From a virus, in IMG/VR virus record IMGVR_UViG_3300005095_000072, positions 1 to 64,000 of that record: a stretch of 64,000 nt of DNA; one strand, given 5' to 3'. Of the stretch, positions 10,035 through 19,599 are shown piece after piece. Both the position numbers and the translations under genes were made by a program. The notes under the pieces were generated by a model, which was not told where the DNA came from, ran no database searches, and saw only the letters and a list, made by a program, of their open reading frames with translations. Numbering within the stretch: the stretch's first letter is position 1; every line of letters begins with the position of its first letter.

Positions 10035-10535
10035 ATGACTTATGATGAAATAAAAGAAGATGTTATTAAGATTATAAACACTATGACTAGATTTCCTATA
10101 ATGGATAATCTTATAGATAACCCTACACCTGAAGAGATTGAAAGAGCTATGCTTGATGGTGTAGAGGATATAAATAACTTTAAGCCTGTAACTGATTATG
10201 ATGTAGAAACTTTATATAATAAAGGTAGCAGGTGGAGAAGAGTATTTCATTTAGCAACTGAAATAAATATTTATAGAACTTTGGTAAAAGATTGGGTAGC
10301 TAATGGATTAGATGCTTCTATTGAAGAGTTTAACTTACCTAATAAACTACCTGATTATCAAAGCTTACTAGCAGATTTAGAACAGAAGTTTGAAAACTCT
10401 GTAAATGCTTTAAAAGCAGGGAAACCTGTTGTTAGGTTAGGTCATTATAGAACAAATAATTCAAGTACATATAGAAGTTCTGCTTATGCTAGTTCTATAT
10501 GTAGTAATTTAAGTAGTGGCAGAAAGATTTGTTAA
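10035..10535 (+). CDS. hypothetical protein, possibly head-tail adaptor/neck protein
   Basis: ATG 10035 after AAAGG; helical pattern (EEIERAMLDGVEDINNFKP) loosely like head-completion proteins; function is inference. Confidence 0.4.
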   Translation: MTYDEIKEDVIKIINTMTRFPIMDNLIDNPTPEEIERAMLDGVEDINNFKPVTDYDVETLYNKGSRWRRVFHLATEINIYRTLVKDWVANGLDASIEEFNLPNKLPDYQSLLADLEQKFENSVNALKAGKPVVRLGHYRTNNSSTYRSSAYASSICSNLSSGRKIC

Positions 10536-10554
10536 TTATTATAAAAGGACTTAT

Positions 10555-10914
10555 ATGTTAAAAATTATATCTAAGGTAGATAATTCTGTAAAGAAAGACT
10601 TAAAAGGTTATATAGTAGGTAGAACTGATTTTAAAAGAAAAAGCTATATCCCTTTAATTAAGAACTTACATAAAAAAGATTTAAAAGATAAGTTAGATGA
10701 GTATCAAGCTAAAAAAGCTTTTTTTAATCTTATAAATAAAGGTGCTAAAGAGTGGTTTAAATATTTCGGTGATAATCAGTGGAACAGTTGGAGAGACTAT
10801 TTTCCTGTAGAGTTAAGAAAAGCTTTAGCAGAAGAGATGTATCAAGATTTTGTTAATGATAAACCTGATATAATTCCCGAACCAAAGGAAAAAATAATAA
10901 GTCTTTCTAAGTAG
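10555..10914 (+). CDS. hypothetical protein
   Basis: AAGGA RBS before ATG 10555 (MLKIISK). Confidence 0.55.
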   Translation: MLKIISKVDNSVKKDLKGYIVGRTDFKRKSYIPLIKNLHKKDLKDKLDEYQAKKAFFNLINKGAKEWFKYFGDNQWNSWRDYFPVELRKALAEEMYQDFVNDKPDIIPEPKEKIISLSK

Positions 10915-10950
10915 GTTAGCTTTTATATCTCAACTATGTATATAGTATTG

Positions 10951-11073
10951 TCAGAGGTTAAAGGCTTTGCTATAAAGATGAGAAATATGCCAATAACTCA
11001 TAAAAATCTCCTCCTCCAAAAGGTGATTTGCTCTTTTATATAGCTATTTATTACCAACTGCTTTAACCTCTGA
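10951..11073 (+). ncRNA. putative structured small RNA 1 with CUCCUCCUCC loop
   Basis: Perfect 13-bp closing stem 10951-10963/11061-11073, an inner stem, and an anti-SD-like loop at 11008-11017. Confidence 0.5.
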
Positions 11074-11084
11074 TTTATAAGTTT

Positions 11085-11219
11085 TATGTATTTAGGTATG
11101 TAGCAGGTGTTTATAGTAGTGTGCAAAAACTAGAATTGAGTTCAACTGTAAAAGCCATCGGTGTGATAAAATCTTACCTCCTTATGTTAAGTTACATCTG
11201 CTACATCTCTAAGTATATA
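11085..11219 (+). ncRNA. putative structured small RNA 2 with ACCUCCUUA in loop
   Basis: ~26-bp closing stem 11085-11110/11194-11219 (G-U pairs, one mismatch); loop carries a 16S-3'-end-like sequence at 11176-11184. Confidence 0.5.
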
Positions 11220-11236
11220 AATTGTAAAGGAAAGAG

Positions 11237-11806
11237 ATGAAAGAGATAAAAACTGCAAAATATAATAGTAAAGAGTTTCCATTAGAGAGAAAGCTTATAG
11301 ATGTAACTAAGTTCGACAGTTTTAATCAAACTAAAAGAGATTGTTTATTAACTTCTTTAGCTCAATTTAAAAATTTAAGTTATGAATTGTTGAAAGATAT
11401 AAGATGGTCTATCAATAGTGCTGATATAAACCATCATCTTTTAAAAATAGCTAGAGCTTCGGGTGAATTAAATATATACTATAGAAAGATTGAAATTTCT
11501 AACTATTTCACAATTAAGCCTATTGTTTTTCAAGGCGAATATCTTATTAACCTACCTAGAAAATCCAAAATAGAGATTGTAGAGAATGTAGAAAACAACT
11601 ATATAAAGTTTTTGTATAGATATAAAATAAAAAATACAACTGATTTAGTGGGTTATAAAATTAAACTTGTAAAAATTGGTGTTATGTTTGTAGCACCTGA
11701 AAAAGAAAAATATAAGTATATAGGAAGTATAAAAACTATGATAGGTCAAATGCTTGTATATGTATATCAATCTAAAAAAGAGTTCAAAGATTTAGACAAT
11801 GGTTGA
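11237..11806 (+). CDS. hypothetical protein
   Basis: ORF with AAGGA RBS. Confidence 0.6.
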   Translation: MKEIKTAKYNSKEFPLERKLIDVTKFDSFNQTKRDCLLTSLAQFKNLSYELLKDIRWSINSADINHHLLKIARASGELNIYYRKIEISNYFTIKPIVFQGEYLINLPRKSKIEIVENVENNYIKFLYRYKIKNTTDLVGYKIKLVKIGVMFVAPEKEKYKYIGSIKTMIGQMLVYVYQSKKEFKDLDNG

Positions 11807-13169
11807 GTTTCATAAATTTCCTTTAGAGTTAAAACCTAAAGATATAAACTCTTCTGACATTGTTAATCCCTCTAAGGTAGTTACACCTTTAGAAGCAATT
11901 ATTTTACTGTATTATGCAACTTTAGATGCTAAAGAGTATAAAGAATGTCATATACCTTATGAGTTTAAAGAGTATGCAGAGTTTATGTATAATGAAGCAG
12001 GGTTTGATACTTCTTTATTAATTGTTGATTTAAAGCTAAAAGAGATAAACTATCCTTTAGATGAAGATTTAATAATAAATTTATTTACAGGCGGGAAAGA
12101 TAGTTTTACTTCTTATGTTAAGTATTCTCATTTGAATTTGAAGTCTAAAGAGAAGAACATATTTATAAAAGGATTAAATAAAGCTTATGTTTATGAATAT
12201 AAACAAGCTGAGTTCTTAGCTAACTATTTAAATATTGATTTAGATATTGTTGAAGTACATCTCCCTAAATTGTTAAATCAACCTGAGCATCCTATGAAAA
12301 ATTTATTGACTTATATGTTAGCTATAGAGTTCTATAAAGTAATACCCTCTATTTTTTCTTTCGGCTATGTTGAAGGAACTCTCCATAATAATTTAGGAGA
12401 AGAACTAGAAGAAGAGGACGAAGAAGAAAGTAAGAAACTAGATGAGTTTATACTTGAAGGCAAAAAAGGTAATTTCAGAGGGAGTTATCAATCACAACTT
12501 GTTACAGGTGATTCAGTAGAAGCATCTATCTTGTCTAAGTTTTTATTATGGCAGGTATATGGATATTTCTCTGATAATACAACAGGAACTAAAGATGAGG
12601 TAGAAGCATATCAATATATGAACTCTTATGGAGTAGGACACGAAAGTGCATCTTGTATGATGTTAGTTAATTTTAAGGTTAATATGAGAAATGTACAGTT
12701 ACCAAGATGGACTTTAAATATTGAAGGTAAAAATGTAATAGCAGGTTATCTTGTTAAGGAAGATAAATCAATATTGTATTTATATCAGTTAAAAGATATG
12801 CTAGAGGATAGCTCTAAAGGGTTAAATTTAAAAGTTATAGATACATTAGGTAATTTGGTATTAATTAAAGATAAAAGCTCTCTAAAGCTAAATATGGTAT
12901 ATAAAAAAGATTTCATAGGAGATTATGAATGTGTAGGAAGTTGTTTTAAGTGTGCTGAAAGACATTTAGTATATGAAAGACACTTTGGTTATAATTATAA
13001 TCCTAAGTTCATACAACGATGTATAGAAGTCTTGATTAAGTTCATGGTTACAAAAGAAAATAAAAATAATGTAGATACAACTTCATACACTAAAGATGTA
13101 TTAAAAATAAAGTGGAGTGAAATACCTAAGAAGTATCAAAAGAGATTACAGAGAGATAATTTTATATAA
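11799..13169 (+). CDS. QueC-like PP-loop (adenine nucleotide alpha-hydrolase) enzyme
   Basis: PP-loop LFTGGKDS; C-terminal SC...CVGSCFKC metal-binding cluster. Confidence 0.65.
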   Translation: MVEFHKFPLELKPKDINSSDIVNPSKVVTPLEAIILLYYATLDAKEYKECHIPYEFKEYAEFMYNEAGFDTSLLIVDLKLKEINYPLDEDLIINLFTGGKDSFTSYVKYSHLNLKSKEKNIFIKGLNKAYVYEYKQAEFLANYLNIDLDIVEVHLPKLLNQPEHPMKNLLTYMLAIEFYKVIPSIFSFGYVEGTLHNNLGEELEEEDEEESKKLDEFILEGKKGNFRGSYQSQLVTGDSVEASILSKFLLWQVYGYFSDNTTGTKDEVEAYQYMNSYGVGHESASCMMLVNFKVNMRNVQLPRWTLNIEGKNVIAGYLVKEDKSILYLYQLKDMLEDSSKGLNLKVIDTLGNLVLIKDKSSLKLNMVYKKDFIGDYECVGSCFKCAERHLVYERHFGYNYNPKFIQRCIEVLIKFMVTKENKNNVDTTSYTKDVLKIKWSEIPKKYQKRLQRDNFI

Positions 13170-13189
13170 ATTTTTTAAAGGATAGCACG

Positions 13190-13390
13190 ATGTTAGATAA
13201 GATAGATTTACTTTTGTTTAGGTTGTTTTTATACATAAAGCTCAAGGTAAGAACTAAAGTCTATATTGATTGTAACACTTTGATTTTTGAAATGGAATAT
13301 AAAAACACTATTTATAAGCAATATGATTATGATAAGAGTTGTAAAAAAGATATAGTAAGATGGTTAAAAAGTGTAAGGAAGTATAAATAA
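13190..13390 (+). CDS. hypothetical protein
   Basis: ORF with AAGGA RBS. Confidence 0.5.
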   Translation: MLDKIDLLLFRLFLYIKLKVRTKVYIDCNTLIFEMEYKNTIYKQYDYDKSCKKDIVRWLKSVRKYK

Positions 13391-13392
13391 AA

Positions 13393-15267
13393 ATGCACTT
13401 AATTAAATGGAAGAAAATAAAGAACTTTAATTTACTTGATAAGGTAGATAATGATTACTTAAATAAGAAGTATCAATTAAGACCTTTCCAAAAAGAGGGA
13501 GTACAGTTCTTAAGGTTTTCTTTTCATTCTATTTTAGCATTACCCACTGGGTTAGGAAAAACATTTACATCTTTATCTGCATACACTTATTTAAAAACAA
13601 GATTTAACAAACATGGTAAAGATTTAAAATTAATTTATGTATCAGAGAAAAGTATATTACCTCAAACTAACTATGAGGATTTACCTAAATTCTTTTATGG
13701 TTTATCTAGTGTTATGATATTTGAAAACACTAAAACTCAAAGAGATAAATTGTATGATGAATTTGTAGAAGAACAGAGAGATATTTTGTTTTTGAACTAT
13801 CACACATTGAGAAATGACTTTGATATAATTAAGCAAATGGTGAAGTTCATTGAGAAAGAACAAGGTAATAAAATTATATTTATATATGACGAAGCAGATA
13901 ATTTATCAGGAGAAACTTCGCAAATACATAAAGTAGCTAAAGATTTGTCTAATATGTCTTATAGAGCTTGGGCTTTAACAGCTACACCTACAAAAGGTAA
14001 CTTAGAACATATATTTAATATTTTTAGAGCGATAGGGGTTAAGGTTATAAGTAAAGCTCAATTTAGAAAAGATTATTGTATTACAGAAAAGAATTATATA
14101 GCTTCTATTAAATATCAAGGTAATAAAGTGGGTGTAGTATTCGGACAGCCAACTAAAAATATAGGAGTTATATTTAGAGGCTCATTTAGAAAGTTATTAT
14201 ATATTGCTAAGTATTACCATAGAATAGAACTTTTAGGAGTTCCAACTCATGGAAGCTTAAAGTTTTTCAATAAAAATAAAATGACTTTTCAGTTCATATT
14301 ACCTTTAAAGTTCGTAGGAAAAAGCACTATATCTCTTAGGTTATACAATGATAAGGAAAAGACTAAAAAAGATATTTATTTAGATATATCAATGTTTCCT
14401 AGTGAAAGTATTATTGGTTATAAGAACATAGATAAGTTCAAAGAAACCTTTAGAGATTATATTATAGTTAAAAGTAAAAAAGAGGTGGCTAAGGATATAC
14501 CTCCATTTACAAGGCATAAACTATCTTTAATTGAAGATAAAGTGACTTTCTTAGCTATTCAAAAGTATTATATTGAAGAAGATAGATACAACTACACTAA
14601 AATAAATATAGCATTAACAACTCCCCAGCTGTTAGATGAAAGTATTGATTATTATTATATAAATGAAAAAGTAAAAGAGTTAATACGGCTTATATATAAG
14701 TTCAAGGAAGCAGATGAAAAAGCTATAATATTTAATCCTTATAGCTCTTCATTGGTTAGAGTGATAGAGATATTAGTAAAAGAGGGCTATTTAAAAGAAA
14801 ATGAGTTCTCAGTTATTTATGGAGATACTGAGGATAGAGATGAAGAGAAGCAAAGATACCTAAATGATAAAGAGTGCAGATTTTTATTTATTACAACTGC
14901 AGGAGGTAAAGGGTTGAACTTACAAGTTACTTCTCATTTGGTCTTTTTAACTTTACCTATTGATGCGGGTATGTTAATACAGTTAGCAGGGAGGTTAGCT
15001 AGACTTGGATTAACTGTTAAACATCTTAATTTGTGGTTTTTATTACAGAATAACACTTATGATATTGATATGTATAATTTAGTATTTAATCAAATAGCAT
15101 TTATTCATAAATATAACCCAGACTTATTAGATGAAGGTCTTTTTGATGAAGCTTATGAGAAGAACTTTGTAAAAATAGAAAATGATAAAGATAGAGATAA
15201 ATTTTTGAAAAAGAGCTTATCTAATAGAAAAGCACGATATTTAGGAAAATATAAGAAAGGGATATAA
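13393..15267 (+). CDS. SNF2-family (SF2) helicase/ATPase
   Basis: LRPFQKEGV, PTGLGKT, DEAD, LTATP, AGGKGLNLQ, QLAGRLAR motifs. Confidence 0.85.
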   Translation: MHLIKWKKIKNFNLLDKVDNDYLNKKYQLRPFQKEGVQFLRFSFHSILALPTGLGKTFTSLSAYTYLKTRFNKHGKDLKLIYVSEKSILPQTNYEDLPKFFYGLSSVMIFENTKTQRDKLYDEFVEEQRDILFLNYHTLRNDFDIIKQMVKFIEKEQGNKIIFIYDEADNLSGETSQIHKVAKDLSNMSYRAWALTATPTKGNLEHIFNIFRAIGVKVISKAQFRKDYCITEKNYIASIKYQGNKVGVVFGQPTKNIGVIFRGSFRKLLYIAKYYHRIELLGVPTHGSLKFFNKNKMTFQFILPLKFVGKSTISLRLYNDKEKTKKDIYLDISMFPSESIIGYKNIDKFKETFRDYIIVKSKKEVAKDIPPFTRHKLSLIEDKVTFLAIQKYYIEEDRYNYTKINIALTTPQLLDESIDYYYINEKVKELIRLIYKFKEADEKAIIFNPYSSSLVRVIEILVKEGYLKENEFSVIYGDTEDRDEEKQRYLNDKECRFLFITTAGGKGLNLQVTSHLVFLTLPIDAGMLIQLAGRLARLGLTVKHLNLWFLLQNNTYDIDMYNLVFNQIAFIHKYNPDLLDEGLFDEAYEKNFVKIENDKDRDKFLKKSLSNRKARYLGKYKKGI

Positions 15268-15452
15268 TGGAGAAAAGAGTTAGAATATATCTATATGAGT
15301 TAAAAGATAGAGAAGGAAAGCTTATTGATACTCATATAACTAAGCAAGAAGTAACTCCTAAAAATAGAAGATTCTTTAAAGGGCTAATGAAAATGAAGTA
15401 CGGTGGAAATGTAGTATCTATAAGGAAAAAGAGAGGAGTTTATTATGAATAA
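15267..15452 (+). CDS. hypothetical protein
   Basis: Translationally coupled small ORF. Confidence 0.5.
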   Translation: MEKRVRIYLYELKDREGKLIDTHITKQEVTPKNRRFFKGLMKMKYGGNVVSIRKKRGVYYE

Positions 15453-15717
15453 AGATAACTATAAGTTTATATGCAATATTAATATAAAAAATAATGGTGA
15501 TTGGTGGAGATATATTCAAGAGCAGTTGAACACTAAAAAAGTTAGATATGAACTTAGAAAAGGTGCAACTGATATTTATAAAAATAAATTAGGAGATTCT
15601 TATAGAAGATTGTTTATTCATCAAGATGATGTACCTATGTATAAAAAGATAGATGAAAATTATAATTATATAATAAAACTATTGATTAGCAAGGGAAGAC
15701 AAAATGGCAGAAAATAA
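15445..15717 (+). CDS. hypothetical protein
   Basis: GAGGAG RBS, coupled ORF. Confidence 0.55.
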   Translation: MNKDNYKFICNINIKNNGDWWRYIQEQLNTKKVRYELRKGATDIYKNKLGDSYRRLFIHQDDVPMYKKIDENYNYIIKLLISKGRQNGRK

Positions 15718-16252
15718 AGAACAAGTTTGTCCTTTATGCAGAGGAAGAGGGGCTGTTTTAAAAGACGGAAAATTTAAAAAATGCAAGTGCATCATAGAAA
15801 AAGAGATTAAGAGTTATCTTAAACCTTTAGAGAAATACAAAGTAAATAAAAAGCTAGATATATCAAATATTGATAAAGATATATTGTTCTATAAGAATGT
15901 AAAATATACTTCTTTTATGAATAGAGTTAAATCATTTTTGTTTAAGAAGTTCTTTGATGGAGAACCTGATTATTTAATAGTAACAGGAGGAGAATACACT
16001 TCTTATTATGTGGTAGGAGAAGAAAGAGACTTCCACTATATAGATTATCTTTTCTTGATATTAGGGAGAGATAATTATAACCAAAGCTTACAAACAACTA
16101 TGCTAACATTGTTAAATGATAGGAAAATAAACAACTTAAAAACTTGGATATATATTTATCCTAATACCTCAAAAAGTAAGCTTGTTGATTTATATGGAGA
16201 AGAGTTCTACGAGTTTATAATGGATAAAGAACTGCAAAAAGTAATTAAATAA
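15704..16252 (+). CDS. DnaC/DnaI-like helicase loader (Zn-finger plus degenerate AAA)
   Basis: CPLCRGRG..CKC N-terminus; immediately upstream of the DnaB-like helicase; no intact Walker A. Confidence 0.55.
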   Translation: MAENKEQVCPLCRGRGAVLKDGKFKKCKCIIEKEIKSYLKPLEKYKVNKKLDISNIDKDILFYKNVKYTSFMNRVKSFLFKKFFDGEPDYLIVTGGEYTSYYVVGEERDFHYIDYLFLILGRDNYNQSLQTTMLTLLNDRKINNLKTWIYIYPNTSKSKLVDLYGEEFYEFIMDKELQKVIK

Positions 16253-16264
16253 GGAATTGAAGAG

Positions 16265-17710
16265 ATGGGTATTATAGGGAATAAAGGAAAAGACTATGCA
16301 CTTAATATTCTTAAAACTATATTGTATAATAAGGTTACGACTGAGTTTGATTATATAGAGGGTAGAGAGGAATTAGTATTTAAAGAAGAAGGACAATTAA
16401 AATTCTATGAGTTCATCCTAGAGTATTATAGAAAATATGATGTTATACCATCTTTAAAATATTGTAAAGAGTTCTTTAGTGCAGAGAAAGACAATCCTGC
16501 TAAGATGGTATATAATCAAATTAGACAGAAGTCAGTAGAAAAGATAAAAGATAATATTAGAGCTACAATAGATTTACAGTTAAGAACTTCTTTATATGTA
16601 GTATCTAAGAATATTGCTAAAGAGTTTCAAGCAGACCTTAAATTAGGTAATCCCTCTGAATTAGAAAGCACAGTAGATAAGTTACAAGAAGACTTAATTT
16701 TTATAAAAAACAACTTAGCAGAAAAGAAGTCTGTTGAAGGGTTACTACACGAGAAAACAAATGCTAAAGATAAGTATCTAAGTAAGTATAAAAAGAGAAA
16801 ACTAAACGATGGTTACTATATAGCTAAGTTTGGTGTAGATTTGTTAGACAATACAATAGGTGGTATCCATTCAGTCGATTTTATATCTATTGTGGGATAT
16901 GTTAAGCAGTTTAAATCTACACTAGCTAGACAAATAGGTTATAACTTTCTAACACAGGTAAAAAATGTAGTCTTTATAACTTTAGAGATGAGTTATGATG
17001 ATATTGAAAATCATTTTTATACACTCCATGCAAATAATACTAAAAGATTTGGATTTGATAAACCTAAGATAACGAATAAAGCTGTAAAGGAAGCAACTTT
17101 AGATGGAGAAGCAGAAGAGTATTTTTTAGACACTGTTATACCCGATTTTACAGAGGCGGAGGATTTAGGCTCATTGTATATTAAACAACCTGAGGGTAAT
17201 TATACATTAGACCATTTAAAATCAGACTTAAATAAAATACATAAAAATATCATGCCCATTGATTTAGTTATTATTGATAGTCCTCTTCAGATGTATCCTT
17301 ATTTAGGTAGTAGAAGAAGTAGAGAGGAAATGAACACAATGATAGCAGATATAAGGAATTTGTCTTTAACTTTTAATGGTGGTGAAGGACTTCCTATTAT
17401 AGCTACATTTCAGATTAATAGAAGTGGTTACGATGAAATGCTTAGAGGTAAAAGGAACTTATATGATTTAACTGCTATTGCTGAATATAATGAAGTTGAG
17501 AGGTCATCTACTCATGTAATATCTACAGCTCAAACAGAAGATATGAGAGAAAGTAATGAAGTACAGTTACAACATTTAGCAAGTAGAGAAACTGAGTTAT
17601 TTGAAACTAAGAAAGTTATGATAGACCCTCAAACAGGTGTTTATTTTAATACAGACAATAAGTTCGACGAAGAAGATGTCGATAGCATCATTGATGAGAT
17701 AGATATTTAA
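16265..17710 (+). CDS. dnaB: DnaB-like replicative helicase
   Basis: LDNTIGG, variant Walker A GYVKQFKST, FITLEMS, VIIDS, ATFQINR motifs. Confidence 0.8.
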   Translation: MGIIGNKGKDYALNILKTILYNKVTTEFDYIEGREELVFKEEGQLKFYEFILEYYRKYDVIPSLKYCKEFFSAEKDNPAKMVYNQIRQKSVEKIKDNIRATIDLQLRTSLYVVSKNIAKEFQADLKLGNPSELESTVDKLQEDLIFIKNNLAEKKSVEGLLHEKTNAKDKYLSKYKKRKLNDGYYIAKFGVDLLDNTIGGIHSVDFISIVGYVKQFKSTLARQIGYNFLTQVKNVVFITLEMSYDDIENHFYTLHANNTKRFGFDKPKITNKAVKEATLDGEAEEYFLDTVIPDFTEAEDLGSLYIKQPEGNYTLDHLKSDLNKIHKNIMPIDLVIIDSPLQMYPYLGSRRSREEMNTMIADIRNLSLTFNGGEGLPIIATFQINRSGYDEMLRGKRNLYDLTAIAEYNEVERSSTHVISTAQTEDMRESNEVQLQHLASRETELFETKKVMIDPQTGVYFNTDNKFDEEDVDSIIDEIDI

Positions 17711-17715
17711 GGGGG

Positions 17716-17898
17716 TTGAAGATGAAAGGATACACTGTTTTAGAATTAGCTGAAATGAAAGGAATACATAAAGCTAATATTGAGATAATGAGTAAAGAGA
17801 GAACTGATATTATAAAAGTAAGAAAAGAAGAACTTATAAAATTAGAAGAGTTCATTATAGAACTATTGGATTTATTACTCTTTGAAAAATCTAAATAA
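17716..17898 (+). CDS. hypothetical protein
   Basis: Small ORF in operon. Confidence 0.45.
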   Translation: MKMKGYTVLELAEMKGIHKANIEIMSKERTDIIKVRKEELIKLEEFIIELLDLLLFEKSK

Positions 17899-17909
17899 AG
17901 AGGTTTAAA

Positions 17910-18116
17910 ATGACAATAGAACAAATCATAGTATATGTATATCTTTATATAGGAGTTTTTGTTGCACTTCAAATATTATCTGAGAATACATATATGGAGA
18001 GTTTATGGGAAGATTTTAAGTATTTTTGGAAGGACTTATCTTTTTGGATAACAGTATTTGCTTTAATTGTAGGGTGGGTAGTTTTCTTTTATATTTATTT
18101 ACAAGATGAACAGTAA
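17910..18116 (+). CDS. small membrane protein
   Basis: Two hydrophobic segments; GAGG RBS. Confidence 0.55.
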   Translation: MTIEQIIVYVYLYIGVFVALQILSENTYMESLWEDFKYFWKDLSFWITVFALIVGWVVFFYIYLQDEQ

Positions 18117-18207
18117 AAGGTAGGTAATTTTATGCTGTTAATTATGTATATTACATCTAAGAGATTAAAAAATATAAAGATTCTAAAGATAAAAAGGTAG
18201 GTGTATA

Positions 18208-18696
18208 ATGAATGAAACAAATAATAAAAATAAAATATGTATAAAACCTAAGCAAGGTTATGGAACTGTGTGTTTAAATTGTATGTATTTTGCTAACACA
18301 TACAATAATTATATTACAGCAGAAACAGAGTATTTTGAACCAGATTTTTTGGGTGCTTTATTGAAATGTAATTCTAAAATAGTTAGCAAAAAACCAATTG
18401 AAAGTTATATTCATATATTTAATAAAGACCAATTAGTTGATATATTAAATCATTTAGACAATATAAATTTGTATTTTACAATGTTTAAGTCTAGTGTAGA
18501 TGATTGTATAAAAACTAAGTTAGTATTTAGGTTTAACACAGAAGAAAATAAAGAAACTGTTTTTAGATACCAAACAAGCACAGCTATTCAAGCTTTACAA
18601 GTGCAAGAGTTCATAAATAAGTGGATAGAAGATAATAAACATAAAATAAATAAAATAAAATTCAACCTTGTAGGGGAGGACAAAGATGATAAGTAG
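18208..18696 (+). CDS. hypothetical protein
   Basis: ORF in operon. Confidence 0.55.
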   Translation: MNETNNKNKICIKPKQGYGTVCLNCMYFANTYNNYITAETEYFEPDFLGALLKCNSKIVSKKPIESYIHIFNKDQLVDILNHLDNINLYFTMFKSSVDDCIKTKLVFRFNTEENKETVFRYQTSTAIQALQVQEFINKWIEDNKHKINKIKFNLVGEDKDDK

Positions 18697-18913
18697 TTTT
18701 ATAATGGCAGGGGCATTTTATACTTTTTCTGCTAAAACATTTGAAGATATGCAGGTCGCTTATATTAAAAATAAAGAACCTAAGCAGGTTATAATAGCAG
18801 TTCAACCTTTAAAATGTGATAGGGTTATTGAAAATAAAACTAAAATGTATTCTATATGTGTAGCAGATGGTAAAAAGTTATACACTCATTATAGTAATAT
18901 TCAAATAAAATAA
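18686..18913 (+). CDS. hypothetical protein
   Basis: GGAGG RBS. Confidence 0.5.
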   Translation: MISSFIMAGAFYTFSAKTFEDMQVAYIKNKEPKQVIIAVQPLKCDRVIENKTKMYSICVADGKKLYTHYSNIQIK

Positions 18914-18924
18914 AAGGAAGAACG

Positions 18925-19566
18925 ATGGAAAAAATAAAACAAATAGACAATTTCAAAGATTATATAGAGTTAGCTCTAAGAACTGAATCTATAAATAATC
19001 CTCTATGTGCTACAGATGGACTTCATAGATTATTACATGGAACTATTGGTGTAGTTACAGAAGTAAATGAACTAAGAGTAGCTTTAAATCTTAATGACAA
19101 TGTAAATACATTAGAAGAGATTGGAGATATATTTTGGTATATAGCTATAATTACAAACTGCTTGGTGGAAGATTTTAATTTTAAAGATAATGAGAATAGT
19201 CATTTAGTGGAAGATATAAACTTCTTACTCTTTGAAGCTATAACACCAACTGATAATATCTTTGATAAGATATACAATAGCTCAACTGATAGCTTAGATT
19301 TGCTAAAGAAAGTCTTATTCTATAATAAACCTGTCATAAATGTTATAGATGATTTAGGAATTAACTTGTTAAATACAGCTTTATATGCTTCTGAGTTAGT
19401 TAGACAAATGGGTGAAGATATATCTGTAGTATTAGCTACAAATATAAATAAGTTAAAAGCTAGATACCCTGAGAAGTACTCAGATAGTAAAGCAGATGAA
19501 AGAGACTTAAATACAGAAAGAGATATACTTACTGATTCTTTTACTATTAAACCTTTAGAAGACTAG
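18925..19566 (+). CDS. MazG-like nucleotide pyrophosphohydrolase
   Basis: LHGTIGVVTEVNEL..LEEIGDIFWY and NINKLKARYP motifs. Confidence 0.8.
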   Translation: MEKIKQIDNFKDYIELALRTESINNPLCATDGLHRLLHGTIGVVTEVNELRVALNLNDNVNTLEEIGDIFWYIAIITNCLVEDFNFKDNENSHLVEDINFLLFEAITPTDNIFDKIYNSSTDSLDLLKKVLFYNKPVINVIDDLGINLLNTALYASELVRQMGEDISVVLATNINKLKARYPEKYSDSKADERDLNTERDILTDSFTIKPLED

Positions 19567-19599
19567 GTAGTGAAATAGTTTTCTAAAAAAGGATAAATA

